From assembly GCA_010909165.1 (NCBI GenBank), contig MU008170.1, positions 496,001-560,000 on the forward strand: a DNA stretch of 64,000 nucleotides, in the 5' to 3' direction. This document shows, one piece after another, positions 62,543 through 64,000 of the stretch. Below the pieces are notes generated by a model. The model was not told the origin of the DNA, did no database searches, and saw nothing but the letters and a program-made list of their open reading frames with translations. Source of the stretch: Anthoceros angustus. Taxonomy: Eukaryota > Plantae > Anthocerotophyta. The translations under genes were made by a program, and so were the position numbers. Each line of letters begins with the position of its first letter. Position 1 is the stretch's first letter.

Positions 62543-63790
62543 ATGGAGCATCCAAATGAAGGATTTACGCAATTTAAATCTAGTAATGTAATGATTCAAA
62601 AAATTCGTGATTCCAAGTATCGTACCTCAAACAATAGTCTTTCTGAATATTCCAAATCTCTTCCATATGTTTTGAATAATGATATCAATACTGAGAACAC
62701 GTTTACACAATTGGGATGTCATAATGTATTTCAAGTCATGTCACAAGAGTATTGTATACTAGACAACATTCTTTTTGAACCATATCCAGAACTTCTTCCA
62801 TGTGCCTTGGATGATATGAATAATGTAACCCAAGTCTTATCTCAAGAGTATCATATCCGGGATAACATTCTTTTTGAATCATATCTAGAACCTCTTCCAT
62901 GTGTTTTGGATGAAGAAATCGATGATGAGAAGAGTTGTTATTGGAGAAATATGACATGTGAAAATCAAAGAGATTCATTGTATGGCATCTTAGGTCTCTT
63001 GCAGGGTATCATGGATGTTTCAAACGGTATGCGGGATAACATTATGTTTGATCCACATGAACCTCTTCCATGTGTTTGGGATGATGATATCAAGAGTAAG
63101 ATAAAATTGACACGATTTGGACTTAATAATGTACCCAAAGTCCTTCCCCAAGATTATCATATGCAAAATAATACTAGTTTTGTATCATATCCAAAATCTC
63201 TTCCAATTGTTTTGGATGAAAAAATCGATGGTGAGAAGAGTTGTGATTTGAGTAATATGACATCTAAAAATGAAGGTAATTCACTGCATGGCATCCTGGG
63301 TCTCCTGCAGGGCATCATGGATGTTTCAAATAGTACACAAGACAATTTTGGGTTTGAATCGTATGATGAACCTCTTTCATGTGCTTTGGATGATGATATC
63401 AATAGTAAGAAAAAAATTACACAATTTGGATCGAATTACGTATCCAGAGTCCTGCCGCAAGAGTATCATATGTGGAACAATAGTGTTGTTGAATCAGATA
63501 CAAAACCTCTTCAAAATGTTTTTGATGGAGATATCAATGATAAAAAGAGTTGTGATCGGGGAAATACAACATCTCCAAATGAAGGTCATACCCTATGTGG
63601 CATCTTGGGTTTTATGCAAGAAATCATGGATGATAATCTAGGTCTTCAATCAGGTATCTCGCGGATAAATAATTCTTCTAGAGTGCAATATGAATCAACA
63701 TTGTTCATAGAGTTTGAAAACTTTGAAGGTATGTATCTGCCAGAGTTTGAAAACTTTGTAGATTTACTAGCTATTGAGATGCACGCATAA
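62543..63790 (+). CDS. Unknown 415-aa acidic protein with ~102-103-aa internal repeats
   Basis: Intact ATG-to-stop ORF in AT-rich DNA. VLxQ(E/D)YH recurs at aa 98, 200 and 303; GILG(L/F)xQxIMD occurs three times and (E/K)PLxCxxD(D/E) recurs. Confidence 0.6.
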   Translation: MEHPNEGFTQFKSSNVMIQKIRDSKYRTSNNSLSEYSKSLPYVLNNDINTENTFTQLGCHNVFQVMSQEYCILDNILFEPYPELLPCALDDMNNVTQVLSQEYHIRDNILFESYLEPLPCVLDEEIDDEKSCYWRNMTCENQRDSLYGILGLLQGIMDVSNGMRDNIMFDPHEPLPCVWDDDIKSKIKLTRFGLNNVPKVLPQDYHMQNNTSFVSYPKSLPIVLDEKIDGEKSCDLSNMTSKNEGNSLHGILGLLQGIMDVSNSTQDNFGFESYDEPLSCALDDDINSKKKITQFGSNYVSRVLPQEYHMWNNSVVESDTKPLQNVFDGDINDKKSCDRGNTTSPNEGHTLCGILGFMQEIMDDNLGLQSGISRINNSSRVQYESTLFIEFENFEGMYLPEFENFVDLLAIEMHA

Positions 63791-64000
63791 TACGTGATGG
63801 AATCCAAGATCTTGACTTTATTACAGCTCCTCCCTCGGATGTATAATGTAGTCTCTTAGAGTGGATTCTGAATGAACATAGCATGTAAAGTGTGAAACTT
63901 GGAATATCTATTGGAGTTATCCATTTGTGACCTCAAAATGTATTATGGATTAATATGTTCTTAGAATAATGGAGAGACTTTATGTAGAAAGAAAAGAGAT

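Overview
Nuclear genomic DNA of a non-seed land plant. A hornwort such as Anthoceros is the best inference, from a DYW:KP-type PPR editing factor, short ~70-140 bp introns and dense GC-rich genes separated by AT-rich islands. Recognisable genes: a partial STIG1-like protein, two paralogous secreted Gnk2/DUF26-like Cys-rich proteins, an SCP1/NIF-type HAD phosphatase, EAPP, a 20-motif PLS-PPR with a KPAxA/HAE (putative U-to-C) DYW domain, a coiled-coil protein whose C-terminal module is copied three more times nearby, an O-fucosyltransferase, TMEM208, an organellar seryl-tRNA synthetase, an FHA protein and an unknown 415-aa repeat protein. Repeats: several tandem-repeat arrays, a degenerate Ty1/copia with a chromoviral Ty3/gypsy inserted next to its gag, and an unclassified repeat. 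The most unusual structure is a 1.33-kb insertion (28346-29675) built from five nearby templates, joined by exact 8-9 nt microhomologies. Four further kb-scale tandem duplications have short junction homologies. Copies differ mostly by single-base indels and some stretches look like uncorrected long-read sequence, so frameshifts and some duplications may be assembly artefacts.
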